The notes under the pieces were generated by a model. That model was not told the origin of the DNA, ran no database searches, and was given only the letters and a program-made list of their open reading frames with translations. Positions 17,657 to 27,639 of a stretch of 64,000 bases of DNA are shown here, in pieces. Position numbers and translations under genes: made by a program. The first letter of the stretch is position 1. The number at the start of each line of letters is the position of its first letter. Origin of the DNA: a virus (Duplodnaviria; Heunggongvirae; Uroviricota; Caudoviricetes); IMG/VR virus record IMGVR_UViG_3300029849_000006, positions 1 through 64,000 of that record, one strand, 5' to 3'.

Positions 17657-18686
17657 TTTTAGAAAATACGAAAACGTACCTCGGTTTCAACTTGACCGCA
17701 GGCCGGGCAGGAGCCGACTGAAGCTAACCTGCCCAGCTTGCGGGAAAAGCCGGTGCCTCACTCCTTATATTGATGTGGCAACAGGTCAGGTTGTTGGCAA
17801 CGAGTTCGGAAGATGCGATCATGAACGGACTTGCGGTTACGATAAACGACCTACCGGTAAGGATGTAGGTGACAAAGATCTTTGGATTTCAGGAAACAAG
17901 TGTATAAGAGCTTATCGTCCTCCTGTAAATCCTGACGTTGTAAATTACATACCTTTTAGCGAGTTTGAGAGGACTGTGGTTCCAGATGATAGAAATACTG
18001 TATTTAGATTTTTATCGTCTCTGTGGGGGAAAGAAAGGGTGTCTGATGTGTTCAGAAGGTACCATGTCGGAACAATGGATTTATGGGGATGGAAAGGGTG
18101 TTGTATATTCTGGCAGATAGACAAAGATTTTGTATGTAGAACCGGCAAGATCATGGACTTTTATATAAAGACCGACAGCCAGGGGAATGAGATTGATGTA
18201 AAAAGAGTGAAGGAAAAAGACGGTGACAATGAGCGGCCTCATGTTATGTTTTATCACTCGTTGCATGCAAGAGACTTCTTGTTTAGGCAATGCCTGTTCG
18301 GAGAGCATCTTCTAAGCCAGTATCCGGATAAGGTGGTTAATCTGGTGGAATCAGAAAAGACGGCTATTATATGCGCTGTGAATAAACCAGATGAGTTATT
18401 TGTAGCTACCGGTGGGTTGCAGAATCTAAGGCCGGAAGTGATAGATGTTTTAAAAGATAGAAAGACTGTAGCTTTTCCGGACAAAGGACAAGCATTTGAG
18501 ACATGGAGTAAAAAGATAGATGGGATGATGATGAAGTCAAGGATAAAAGTATCGGACTATCTTCAAAATGTTGAAAATGTAGGAGACGGAGATGATGTGG
18601 CAGATTTGATAATTAGTAACAAGGTAAAAGAAAAATATTATGAGCCTGGATGTTTATATCAAGAACAAAAAGAAAGAAGATCGTGA
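17649..18686 (+). CDS. DNA primase-like protein (N-terminal Zn-ribbon CPACG...CDHERTC plus TOPRIM-like region)
   Basis: Zn-binding motif in the translation; downstream LVESEKTAI ... VAFPDKG resembles the TOPRIM E / DxD pattern. Confidence 0.5.
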   Translation: MLDFRKYENVPRFQLDRRPGRSRLKLTCPACGKSRCLTPYIDVATGQVVGNEFGRCDHERTCGYDKRPTGKDVGDKDLWISGNKCIRAYRPPVNPDVVNYIPFSEFERTVVPDDRNTVFRFLSSLWGKERVSDVFRRYHVGTMDLWGWKGCCIFWQIDKDFVCRTGKIMDFYIKTDSQGNEIDVKRVKEKDGDNERPHVMFYHSLHARDFLFRQCLFGEHLLSQYPDKVVNLVESEKTAIICAVNKPDELFVATGGLQNLRPEVIDVLKDRKTVAFPDKGQAFETWSKKIDGMMMKSRIKVSDYLQNVENVGDGDDVADLIISNKVKEKYYEPGCLYQEQKERRS

Positions 18687-18990
18687 ATGGGTTGCAAACA
18701 TTACCCACAACATGAACAAGATGGCACAAAGAATATTCGTATCAGAAAATAAAGAAACGCTGTACGATTATGTTTGGAGACCAGAAGAATTGGGTAGGGA
18801 AATAGATACCGATGAGATGAAGAATGTACTTACAAAAGGTATATGTATTATGATCTCTAAGAGAAAAAGTCTTTTGAGATACGAGCCGGAAAATGGATGG
18901 GGGTCTTATGATTCATTTCTTAAGTTTCTTATCGAATATAAAGAGGCGTGTGAAGATCATCCTGGTTATATAATTGAAGCAAGCAGATAA
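18640..18990 (+). CDS. hypothetical protein (116 aa)
   Basis: ORF track. Confidence 0.4.
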   Translation: MSLDVYIKNKKKEDREWVANITHNMNKMAQRIFVSENKETLYDYVWRPEELGREIDTDEMKNVLTKGICIMISKRKSLLRYEPENGWGSYDSFLKFLIEYKEACEDHPGYIIEASR

Positions 18991-19249
18991 TATGGAAAAT
19001 TACAAAAACACTTTAAATGAGGTAGTGGTGATTGAATCATCACCAGAAACGTATTTTGTTTACGCTATTCGTAATGCTATTCGTATCTCTAAATGTGCGT
19101 ATCCGACAGCCAAGAAAGTAATTTTCAAAAGAGAGGACGTAGAGGTAGAGATCTCGGAAATGGAAACTGAAAGCAGTTTGTATGAAAAGTTTAAAGAAAA
19201 ACAAAAGAATAGGGTATGGAACTTAATGAGCGCCAACAACGGGTTTTAA
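18974..19249 (+). CDS. hypothetical protein (91 aa)
   Basis: ORF track. Confidence 0.35.
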   Translation: MKQADNMENYKNTLNEVVVIESSPETYFVYAIRNAIRISKCAYPTAKKVIFKREDVEVEISEMETESSLYEKFKEKQKNRVWNLMSANNGF

Positions 19250-19782
19250 GAGGCGAAATTTGTCCTTATTGCGGAAGAGAGACTGAGCTGGTCAATGCCG
19301 ATAAAATATATAGCAGAAAAGGCTTAGGGATGGTTATGATGTGTAAACCATGCAACGCTTATGTCGGTGTTCATGAATCAGGGCCGAATAAGGGAAAAGC
19401 TAAAGGCCGGCTTGCAGGACCATCACTGAGATCTCTTAAGATAAGAGTCCATGCCGAACTTGACAGACTATGGTCTACGCCGGAGGAACGGGAAAGGATG
19501 TATAAAGATTTATCTGAATTTCTCTCTATACCGGAAGAGTACACACATATAGGTATGTTCGGAGAGAAGACGATGGGGAAAATCTTTCAGTTCTGTCATG
19601 TAAACAAAGAACGGTCAGGTTCAAAAATAGAATGGCATAAACCTGGAGATAAGTGCCCTAATAAAAACAATCAAATAGTGTCAGGCAGTAGCGCATGTAG
19701 AGGATGTCCTGAGTATCTTCATGATGAGAAAGACGGATATGTCTGGTGTGATCCTGATATGAGCTACGGCAGGTTGAAATAG
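19216..19782 (+). CDS. Zn-ribbon protein (CPYCG...CKPC; 188 aa)
   Basis: ORF track; two CxxC pairs. Confidence 0.45.
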   Translation: MELNERQQRVLRGEICPYCGRETELVNADKIYSRKGLGMVMMCKPCNAYVGVHESGPNKGKAKGRLAGPSLRSLKIRVHAELDRLWSTPEERERMYKDLSEFLSIPEEYTHIGMFGEKTMGKIFQFCHVNKERSGSKIEWHKPGDKCPNKNNQIVSGSSACRGCPEYLHDEKDGYVWCDPDMSYGRLK

Positions 19783-19833
19783 GGCGCGAATTGCCTATCT
19801 TTGTGCTATTATTAATCAAAAAAATATAAGCAC

Positions 19834-20112
19834 ATGGGCAGATCAACAGAGTACTACAGGACTCATCCCGAAGCCAGGAAGAAAAAGGCTAAAAAGGACA
19901 AGGAGATAAATGCCAGACCGGAACAGAAAGCCAAACGCCGAGAGCTTGGTCGTAAAAACTACGAAACGGACAAGAAGAAGGGTAAGGGCTGGAGAAAAGG
20001 AAAGGATTGTTCTCATACCAAGAACGGTCTTAGGTATAAATCAGTAAAAGCTAATAGGGGATCCAAATCGGATACGAAAGGTGACAAAAATGCAAGAGGA
20101 TCTGAAAAATAA
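19834..20112 (+). CDS. highly basic Lys/Arg-rich small protein (92 aa), possible nucleic-acid binder
   Basis: Composition of the translation. Confidence 0.4.
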   Translation: MGRSTEYYRTHPEARKKKAKKDKEINARPEQKAKRRELGRKNYETDKKKGKGWRKGKDCSHTKNGLRYKSVKANRGSKSDTKGDKNARGSEK

Positions 20113-21214
20113 AATAGATATAAGAAGGATATTCAAGACCTCTAAACAGGTTATGGAAGAGGCGTATGAGAATATCTTGAAATACAGGCGGGGAGAGCTT
20201 ATCCCCGCTAAAACCGGATACGATTATATTGATGAGGCTTTGCTTGGAGGTATTTTTCCTCAGCATGCTATTGCCATAGGAGCCCGGCCATCTGTGGGTA
20301 AATCGTATGTGGCCCAAAAGATATTGGAAAATGTGATGAATCCGATGATCAACCCGCAAGCAGAAGATTATTTTCTTGTCAATTGCGAGTTCGAAATGAA
20401 TCCTCAAGATCTTCTTCTTCGTAGAATGAGCCAGGATATGAAAAAGCGGGCTCCTGAAATATTAAGAAGGCAAGATTCTAATACAGTGGAAGAGATGAGG
20501 ATGTTTGAAATCCTTCAAGGTGAAATCAGGAATAATATAATATACATCGATGCTCCGTGTACGGTAAAAGAGTTTGAGGCGGCTGTGTATCATATAGCTA
20601 CCAAACACAAAGACAAACGTCTTATAATATTTAAAGTCGATCATATTGCTTTGATAAAAAGAATGGGGTTAGATCCTAAGTCGGCTATAGATGATTTGGT
20701 GGCGGTTATGAACGAGGCTAAATTAGTATATAAAAACATATTTTTCCTCATCATATCCCAATTCAACAGAGAGATAGAAGGAAGGATAAAAAGCCCACAA
20801 GAACAGCCTCCGCGTCTTTCTGATTTTTACCAGTCTGATACGCTGGGTCAGTTATGTACGTTAATGATAGGTTTGCACAATCCTCGTAGGTACGGGCTGG
20901 ATAAGTATATGATATTTGGGAAAGATTGGTATCAGACTCTTGATAGGTTTAAAACTGAAAACAAAACATCATTCAGGACAGCCGGACTGGTGTTTCATCA
21001 TATACTGAAGGTAAGGCAAGTTAGTATGGAAGAGCTTACTAATACAATCCACCCAGAGATACTGCCGGGACATGGATGGATGTACGGGGAGGGCGGGACG
21101 AAGTTCGTGAACCCCAACCAGCCGCCGACGCCGCCCAAGCTCTATACTGTGGAAGACGTTACGGACAATCAGGAACAAGAACAAGAGACAAAAGAAGAAC
21201 AGTCATTGTATTAA
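20081..21214 (+). CDS. DnaB-like replicative helicase (RecA-fold ATPase domain)
   Basis: Walker A AIGARPSVGKSYVAQ, Walker-B-like LIIFKVDHIALI and overall DnaB C-terminal-domain layout in the translation; lies 1.4 kb downstream of the primase-like gene. Confidence 0.6.
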   Translation: MTKMQEDLKNKIDIRRIFKTSKQVMEEAYENILKYRRGELIPAKTGYDYIDEALLGGIFPQHAIAIGARPSVGKSYVAQKILENVMNPMINPQAEDYFLVNCEFEMNPQDLLLRRMSQDMKKRAPEILRRQDSNTVEEMRMFEILQGEIRNNIIYIDAPCTVKEFEAAVYHIATKHKDKRLIIFKVDHIALIKRMGLDPKSAIDDLVAVMNEAKLVYKNIFFLIISQFNREIEGRIKSPQEQPPRLSDFYQSDTLGQLCTLMIGLHNPRRYGLDKYMIFGKDWYQTLDRFKTENKTSFRTAGLVFHHILKVRQVSMEELTNTIHPEILPGHGWMYGEGGTKFVNPNQPPTPPKLYTVEDVTDNQEQEQETKEEQSLY

Positions 21215-21229
21215 AAAAAAATAAGAACC

Positions 21230-21832
21230 ATGAGACTAACAGTAGAAGAAAACGAATACCTGATAAGTAAGTTCCTTTTGGTTCTTACTGAGTTTGCAGG
21301 GGATGAAAGAGAGATGTTTTTAATCAACTCCATACATGATAAGGCGGTGGCGGATATGAATTATCGTCTTCCGTCTTTAATAAGCAGAGAACGTAAAAGA
21401 CGAGTTATTGAACTCCTTAAAGAAGGGACCAGAATAATCAAAGACTTTTCCGGCTATGCAGGTGATATGGGTATGATTAACGAATACGATCGTTTAAAGA
21501 AAGAAATAGGAACCGTCCAAGACCAGCTTGGTGACGTAGAAGGTCAACTTCGGGCAGCAGGAGAAGTTATTAAAAAAGAACTTGATATGATTGCTGACCG
21601 AATCAAAGAAGACCTCCTCGACCGGGAGCTGGTTAAAAGTAATGCCGAGGCTGAAAGAAAAGCCAAAGTAGATCCGAGATACGAAGTAGCTTTAGGTGAT
21701 TACAAGGAGATGCTGGAAGTGATTTTTACAACCAGAAACAAGTATTCTACGGTAGATTCTGTACATGACGATCTTCGCCAGTCGGTATCTACCGGTAGAA
21801 ATTCGATTATTAAAGAAGGGTACAACAGTTAA
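21230..21832 (+). CDS. hypothetical coiled-coil protein (200 aa)
   Basis: ORF track. Confidence 0.45.
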   Translation: MRLTVEENEYLISKFLLVLTEFAGDEREMFLINSIHDKAVADMNYRLPSLISRERKRRVIELLKEGTRIIKDFSGYAGDMGMINEYDRLKKEIGTVQDQLGDVEGQLRAAGEVIKKELDMIADRIKEDLLDRELVKSNAEAERKAKVDPRYEVALGDYKEMLEVIFTTRNKYSTVDSVHDDLRQSVSTGRNSIIKEGYNS

Positions 21833-21847
21833 AAACAAGGAGGGAAT

Positions 21848-22045
21848 ATGGAAAAGAAGGAATTTAAAGTAGGAGAAGTATTTACTGCCGGACTTGTAAG
21901 ATTAAAATGTGTGGAAGGTGATACATGCGATAGGTGTATATTCGAAAAATACAATTATTGTTCATGTACAGACATGATTATTGGTCCATGTGAACATATT
22001 GATAGACAAGATAACAAGGATGTTATTTTCATTAAAGCTGATTAA
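21848..22045 (+). CDS. small Cys-rich protein (65 aa)
   Basis: ORF track; SD ACAAGGAGGGAATATG upstream. Confidence 0.4.
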   Translation: MEKKEFKVGEVFTAGLVRLKCVEGDTCDRCIFEKYNYCSCTDMIIGPCEHIDRQDNKDVIFIKAD

Positions 22046-22047
22046 GA

Positions 22048-22761
22048 ATGTACATCAATTTCAGACAACTTGCAGCATCAGACATGACTCCTAATGATCT
22101 TGCCAATCTTCTTGCCATAAGACAGAAGGATTCGGTTATGACCGAAGCCATGCCGGAAGAAGATGCTGGGAGGTATATAGAGCTTGGCCTGGTTGAGAAA
22201 TTAAAATCAGGCGTGATGAGATTGACCAACAAAGGAACGTCTTTTGTGAATTATATAGAGACACCGGAAATGACAGACGAGGTTCTGGAAACGTTGAAGA
22301 TTATGATAGGAATGTACGAATCGTATTCAAAAGACATAGGTGTCAGCAGAAAAGAAGCAGAATCCAGGTTGTGTTGGTTTATGGGTAACACCTCATTCAA
22401 GAAAGAGGTCATACTTCAGGTAACGGAATCTTATATAGCAGAGTCAGGAGATTATACAATGAGCTTATGCAACTTCATATGGAAACCGCCTTCTCAGGCT
22501 TTTTCAGTCCATATGAACCTTAAAAATTCAAAGCTCTTTGACTTAATAGCTGAAAAATTTAAGATCGCTACCGAGCCTTATTTGGAGTCTAAGAAGAATA
22601 AGGAAATGGATTGGTTGTTTGCCGTATCTAAATTGCCTACGCCGCCGGCTAAAGGCAATCCGGATTATTTGTTTACCGGAAGTTCTGAAACAGACAAAGA
22701 GAGATTGAAAAACATAAAAACGTATTTATTTAACAAAATTAGAAAGCAATGGAAAAAGTAA
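22048..22761 (+). CDS. hypothetical protein (237 aa)
   Basis: ORF track. Confidence 0.5.
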   Translation: MYINFRQLAASDMTPNDLANLLAIRQKDSVMTEAMPEEDAGRYIELGLVEKLKSGVMRLTNKGTSFVNYIETPEMTDEVLETLKIMIGMYESYSKDIGVSRKEAESRLCWFMGNTSFKKEVILQVTESYIAESGDYTMSLCNFIWKPPSQAFSVHMNLKNSKLFDLIAEKFKIATEPYLESKKNKEMDWLFAVSKLPTPPAKGNPDYLFTGSSETDKERLKNIKTYLFNKIRKQWKK

Positions 22762-23000
22762 GAATCAGAAAGATAATAGAGGATATAATTATTACTCAGT
22801 TTCTTAATTCAGAAATGGATATAGTTCATGAAGAAGATGTGACGTTTAAAGAACTTGGATTAGATTCTCTTGATCAAATTGAACTTGAAATGATGGTGGA
22901 ACAAAAATTCAATATTGTTATTATTGATTATGATATGGAGACCATCAAAGATATGACTGATCTTGTTTACAAAATAATAACAGAAGGATATGGGAAGTGA
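22749..23000 (+). CDS. acyl carrier protein-like (83 aa)
   Basis: Translation ...FKELGLDSLDQIELEMMVEQKFNIVI... matches the ACP phosphopantetheine-site consensus (DLGaDSLDtVELVMalEeeFgieI), with Ser in DSL. Confidence 0.6.
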   Translation: MEKVRIRKIIEDIIITQFLNSEMDIVHEEDVTFKELGLDSLDQIELEMMVEQKFNIVIIDYDMETIKDMTDLVYKIITEGYGK

Positions 23001-23484
23001 TATAATTTTATGCATGGCTTTAATAGCGTCATTTGCTTTTGTTATACAGTTTTTGTTGTCGATATTAGGATCTGATCTGGATACGGATATTGACATTGAC
23101 AGTGCTTCTGATTTAAGCATGTCTTTGTCGGACATCATATCATTCAAGGGCATAACACATTTCATTCTTGGATATAGCTGGACTACTTACTTTTCGGGTT
23201 CCCATTTAGTAGGGGTTGTGATAGGGTCGTTTTTCTTTATCGTTTTGTTTTACGTATATAAGTTACTTCTTAAGTTAAAGCAAGAAATGGTGTACGAATG
23301 TCCGGAAGATTTGAATGGCAGAGAGGTGGAGATAGTATTTAGATCAGGGAAGAACCATTATATGGTAAATATTTCGAAAAATGGAAGACAGGAGCAAATG
23401 AGAGTAAGATGCTTGTCTGGAAAAACCTACAAAAACGGCGACAAGGCGAATATAAAATATGAAGAAGGAGAATTAAGTATCTAA
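22990..23484 (+). CDS. NfeD-like membrane protein (N-terminal TM segments plus C-terminal OB-fold-like tail)
   Basis: Hydrophobic N-terminal half and beta-rich C-terminus (EVEIVFRSGKNHYMVNI...RVRCLSGKTYKNGDKANIKYE). It sits immediately upstream of an SPFH gene, as in yqiJ-yqiK / yuaF-floT operons. Confidence 0.5.
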   Translation: MGSDIILCMALIASFAFVIQFLLSILGSDLDTDIDIDSASDLSMSLSDIISFKGITHFILGYSWTTYFSGSHLVGVVIGSFFFIVLFYVYKLLLKLKQEMVYECPEDLNGREVEIVFRSGKNHYMVNISKNGRQEQMRVRCLSGKTYKNGDKANIKYEEGELSI

Positions 23485-23516
23485 TTTTTTTTATCAACAA
23501 TTAAATTTTAAAAGTT

Positions 23517-25217
23517 ATGACAACAATCATGTACGTGTCAGCTATCTTAGCTGTAGTGATTATTTTAACAATCATCGGAGTCTTATCAAGGTATCGTAGA
23601 TGTAAGCCTAATCAGGTCTTGGTCGTTTATGGTAAGACAGGTGGGGAAAAGAAATCGGCGAAATTATATCATGGTGGAGCGGCATTTGTCTTGCCTATTA
23701 TTCAAAGCTATGATGTTTTGTCAATGGAGCCTATGCAAATAGATTGTAGGCTCACCGGTGCTTTGTCGTCTCAAAATATCAGAGTGGATGTACCTACTAC
23801 TATTACAGTAGCAATCAGCACAAATCCTGAAATTATGCAGAATGCAGCAGAAAGGCTTTTGGGGATGGATACTGAATCTACTGAAAATCTTATTACGGAT
23901 ATTGTTTATGGCCAAATGCGTTTGATCATTGCTGAAATGACGATTGAAAAACTTAATTCTGACAGGGATGAGTTTTTGGATAAGGCAAGAAAAAACATTG
24001 ATAACGAACTTAATAAGTTAGGCCTTTACCTCCTAAATATCAACATCAGTGACATCAGAGACGAAGCCGGCTATATCATGAATCTTGGCAAAGAAGCTGA
24101 AAGTAAGGCCCTGAACGAAGCACAGGCTAATATCGAAGAACAGGAAAAGCTGGGTGCTATTAAGATTGCTGTACAGCAAAAGGAAAAAGAAACGGCTGTA
24201 GCTAATACCCAAAAAGAGCAAGAGATTCAAATTGCCCATACTGAAAAAGAAAAGGAAACGGTAGTAGCTGAAACAAAGAAAGAAAAAGAAGTAGCTTTGG
24301 CTTTAACCGATAAAGAAAAACAGATCGGTGTAGCTCAAGCCGATAGAGATAGGGCTGCGGTTATTGCAAAGACTTTGGCTGATAAGGAATCAGCGATCGC
24401 AAGATCTAAGGCAGAACTTGAGGTAAACAAAGCTGAAGCTGAAAGAATGGAAGAAGTCGGAAAGAATAAGGCTGAGGCTGATAAACAAGCAGCTATAGCA
24501 ATCCAAGATTCCGAAGCTCAGATCAAGAAAGCTGAAGCTGAGAAAAACGCATCTGTGGGTTATAACAATGCCCAGAAAGAGGTTGCTATATCAGAATCAG
24601 AATTACAGGTTATCAAAGCTCAATCAGAAAAGAAGGCTGGAGAAGAGAGGGTTAAGTCGGAAGCGGCTGTAAAAACGGCAAAAGAGCTTGCTGATAAAGA
24701 AGTGGAAGAAGCTAAAGCTAAGAAGGTTCAAGCTGCGCTTAAAGCTGAAAAGATTGTGCCGGCTGAAATTCAGAAGCAGGAGGCTATGTTGCAAGCTGAT
24801 GCTGAAGCTGAGAAGATCAAACGCCGGGCTGATGCCGAAGCAGCAGCACATTTGGCAAAAGCAGAAGCGGAAGCAAAAGCTATTCAGATGAAGCTGGAGG
24901 CAGAAGCCGAAGGTAAGAAAAAGTCGTTGATGGCAGAAGCCGACGGATTTAAGGCTATGGTGGAAGCGGCAGAATCCAATCCTCAGATAGCCATCCAGTA
25001 CAAGATGGTTAATCAGTGGAAAGAAATTGCTGGAGAACAGGTTAAGGCATTTGAGCACATTAACCTCGGAAATATCACGGTATTTGACGGCGGTCAGAAC
25101 AGTACCGGTAATTTCCTTAACAATGTTGTTAAGACCGTCGCTCCGGCATTGGGAGTCATTGATCAGCTTCCGATTGCAGATACTTTAAAGAAGCTAAAAG
25201 GAGATGACAAAAAATAA
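23517..25217 (+). CDS. flotillin-like SPFH/Band-7 protein with Glu/Ala-rich coiled-coil (566 aa)
   Basis: N-terminal TM; SPFH-like core (YHGGAAFVLPIIQSYDVLSMEPMQIDCRL...); long KAEAEA/EA-repeat coiled coil typical of FloT/YqiK. Confidence 0.7.
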   Translation: MTTIMYVSAILAVVIILTIIGVLSRYRRCKPNQVLVVYGKTGGEKKSAKLYHGGAAFVLPIIQSYDVLSMEPMQIDCRLTGALSSQNIRVDVPTTITVAISTNPEIMQNAAERLLGMDTESTENLITDIVYGQMRLIIAEMTIEKLNSDRDEFLDKARKNIDNELNKLGLYLLNINISDIRDEAGYIMNLGKEAESKALNEAQANIEEQEKLGAIKIAVQQKEKETAVANTQKEQEIQIAHTEKEKETVVAETKKEKEVALALTDKEKQIGVAQADRDRAAVIAKTLADKESAIARSKAELEVNKAEAERMEEVGKNKAEADKQAAIAIQDSEAQIKKAEAEKNASVGYNNAQKEVAISESELQVIKAQSEKKAGEERVKSEAAVKTAKELADKEVEEAKAKKVQAALKAEKIVPAEIQKQEAMLQADAEAEKIKRRADAEAAAHLAKAEAEAKAIQMKLEAEAEGKKKSLMAEADGFKAMVEAAESNPQIAIQYKMVNQWKEIAGEQVKAFEHINLGNITVFDGGQNSTGNFLNNVVKTVAPALGVIDQLPIADTLKKLKGDDKK

Positions 25218-25224
25218 ATACAAT

Positions 25225-25255
25225 GGCCCAAGGTTACACTTGGGCCTAATTGAAG
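25225..25255 (+). terminator. hairpin GGCCCAAG-GTTACA-CTTGGGCC followed by a weak U-rich tract
   Basis: Read directly 8 nt after the flotillin stop. Confidence 0.35.
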
Positions 25256-25380
25256 AAATAAAAGCAGCATTTATAGATTTCATGCCAGCAGGAATAGTGA
25301 TTTTTAGTGCTTTATTGATTAATATATTTTTAATATGGATTTTGGACAAGATTTAGAACCAGAAGAACTGACCAAGCATT

Positions 25381-25740
25381 ATGATCAGTGTTATGGAATT
25401 GATTTTGAAACAGAAGAAGAGGAGGATGAAGAGTATGACTGATGAGGAATTTGTATTGGATAATAAGAAAAAGGTTATTGTAAGAAAAAGAATATCTTAT
25501 TTAAACAAAGGTGATAAAGTATGGATCGTGTCTTCCGACGGGTATCTGCTACACACGGACGTAGTTAGAGCCGAACGCGGACGGTCTTATGTGGATATAG
25601 ATGGGATTCTGTATTGGAAGCGAGGATTAGATGGCAAGCATCGTAATCGTAATAACTACATGCAGTTTGCCATGACACCAGAAGACGGTAAGAAGTATGT
25701 CGTATATTACCCGGAAGGATTTAAAGACAATGACTTATGA
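25381..25740 (+). CDS. hypothetical protein (119 aa)
   Basis: ORF track. Confidence 0.4.
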   Translation: MISVMELILKQKKRRMKSMTDEEFVLDNKKKVIVRKRISYLNKGDKVWIVSSDGYLLHTDVVRAERGRSYVDIDGILYWKRGLDGKHRNRNNYMQFAMTPEDGKKYVVYYPEGFKDNDL

Positions 25741-26756
25741 TGGTCCCGGAAACGCATTTGCTATATAAGGAGTTTAATGGTGTAAAACGTCTTGCCATAT
25801 CTTATTCCCAGATAGATACGTTTCTTACCTGTCCAATGAAATGGTATAAGACTTACGTAGAGGGCAAAAGGTCTACGGAAAAACAAGAAGCTACGTCTTA
25901 TGGTACGGTTATCCATAAGACACTGGAATACTTTTTTAAGAACGGAAGACAGCCTTCTGGTAAAGACCTTGGAGAAGCAATAAGTTACTATTCCTATCAA
26001 GAAGACATACCTTGGCAATCACCGGAAAATATGATGATAGCCATGAAGCAATCTGGAGAGCTTCTTGCTTGGATTGTGGATCTGTTTAAAAAAGACGGGA
26101 ATAGGTTTATGATAGCTGATAGTGATCTTAATCCCTGCGAGAAACTTATCAGGCACGGCGCCATAGTTGGAGTCGAAGAAGATTTTGTGCTGCCGTACCG
26201 TCTTCCTAAGCCTGTTGATATAAATGGGGTAATTCATACCCATGTGTACATAGTAGGATCAGTGGATCTTCATCTGGCTATAAAAAGCAAGAACGTAGTT
26301 CACCATTATGTCATAGATTGGAAATCAGGGAATAAGGTTTTTGACTCTAAGAAGCTGGAAACGAATTTACAGCATCCTATATATTCATTTTACATCTATA
26401 GAAAATATGGTGGAGTTCTGCCAGATATGAACATCTATTTCTTTACCAGAACCAGGCAGTACCAAAAGGTTAAGGTAAATGAAGAGCGTAAAACAAAATC
26501 TATAGAAATGCTAAATGACACTTTATCTAAAATGTATGATTTTGAAGATAATAGTGTAAAAACATTTCAGGCATACATCCAGGGAGCAGAAGGAGCCAGA
26601 TATAGCAAGCGGCGTGCCACCCTAAGCCAGCCTGTTCCGCAAAACAAGCTGCCCTGCCCGTCGGCACTGTGTTATTATTGTGACTTTGGATTACATAACA
26701 AAAACGAATGCCCTTTCTCTTCGGATTGGGATCCGTCTAAAAAGATAAAACGATGA
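25737..26756 (+). CDS. Cas4/RecB-family PD-(D/E)xK exonuclease with Fe-S-type cysteines
   Basis: Motif III VIDWKSG (hhDhK[ST]G) in the translation. N-terminal Cys (FLTCPMKW) and C-terminal CPSALCYYCDFGLHNKNEC arrangement resembles Cas4. Confidence 0.6.
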   Translation: MMVPETHLLYKEFNGVKRLAISYSQIDTFLTCPMKWYKTYVEGKRSTEKQEATSYGTVIHKTLEYFFKNGRQPSGKDLGEAISYYSYQEDIPWQSPENMMIAMKQSGELLAWIVDLFKKDGNRFMIADSDLNPCEKLIRHGAIVGVEEDFVLPYRLPKPVDINGVIHTHVYIVGSVDLHLAIKSKNVVHHYVIDWKSGNKVFDSKKLETNLQHPIYSFYIYRKYGGVLPDMNIYFFTRTRQYQKVKVNEERKTKSIEMLNDTLSKMYDFEDNSVKTFQAYIQGAEGARYSKRRATLSQPVPQNKLPCPSALCYYCDFGLHNKNECPFSSDWDPSKKIKR

Positions 26757-26895
26757 AATACGAGGATGTTCAAAAGTTAAGAACGAAATACCGGCAAGAT
26801 CCGGAAGTTATAAACGTAGAATACATGAGAGACGTTGCTGTAAGATGCGGGAATTTCAAGAAAGCGTTTGAGCTTCAGGAGAAGCTGGAGGATAT

Positions 26896-27246
26896 ATGGT
26901 TCAACTATTTAAAAGGAGTGTAATGAAAGAAGATCTAATATGTGGAGTAGCGATCCTTTTGTATTTAGTTTTATTATACTTACTCACGACAGCTTTCATA
27001 AAAACAGGTAGAGCAGTAGAGCGTTATAAGATGAAGAAGAAAACTGACAAAATCAAAGTAGGTCAAAGATACGAACATAAGAGCTACTTTGAGGATCCAT
27101 TTGAAAGAGGCAAGCATGTGATTAAGATATTAGACATAAAAGAAGGGTACGCTCTATATGAGTACGAAGAAAAACTATATATACGTTCTTCTGTGAGTCT
27201 TGAAGATATTGTTAAAAAATATATTTTAATTGCTGATATAAAATAA
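26896..27246 (+). CDS. hypothetical protein with N-terminal TM helix (116 aa)
   Basis: ORF track; LICGVAILLYLVLLYLLTTAFI. Confidence 0.4.
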   Translation: MVQLFKRSVMKEDLICGVAILLYLVLLYLLTTAFIKTGRAVERYKMKKKTDKIKVGQRYEHKSYFEDPFERGKHVIKILDIKEGYALYEYEEKLYIRSSVSLEDIVKKYILIADIK

Positions 27247-27252
27247 GGGATT

Positions 27253-27639
27253 ATGGAAAAGAAAGTCACAATCAAAGAAGGAATGGATATTTTTTACAAA
27301 AATGCAGGGAAAGATATATGGGTCTATATTGGACTTTTTGGAAATAAAGTGCTATCCATTTTAAAAAACAAAGGTGTTATTGCATGCGAAAACGATGCTG
27401 AATATTGCGTGTTGATGGATGGAGAAGATCATTTTATAAGTATAGCAAAAGACATGAGTCACGACTATTGTTGTGAGTACGTTGTAGAAAGAGCAGAAGC
27501 CTACAGAGACTACCCCTCCAAAGGTGCTACATGCAGTGTATGCCTGTTTGAAGATAATGAGAATAAAGCAAGGAAGATGTTGAAAGAGGCGATAATAGAA
27601 CTTTCAAAAAATAATATAATAGATTGCGATGGGCTTTGA
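27253..27639 (+). CDS. hypothetical protein (128 aa)
   Basis: ORF track. Confidence 0.4.
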   Translation: MEKKVTIKEGMDIFYKNAGKDIWVYIGLFGNKVLSILKNKGVIACENDAEYCVLMDGEDHFISIAKDMSHDYCCEYVVERAEAYRDYPSKGATCSVCLFEDNENKARKMLKEAIIELSKNNIIDCDGL

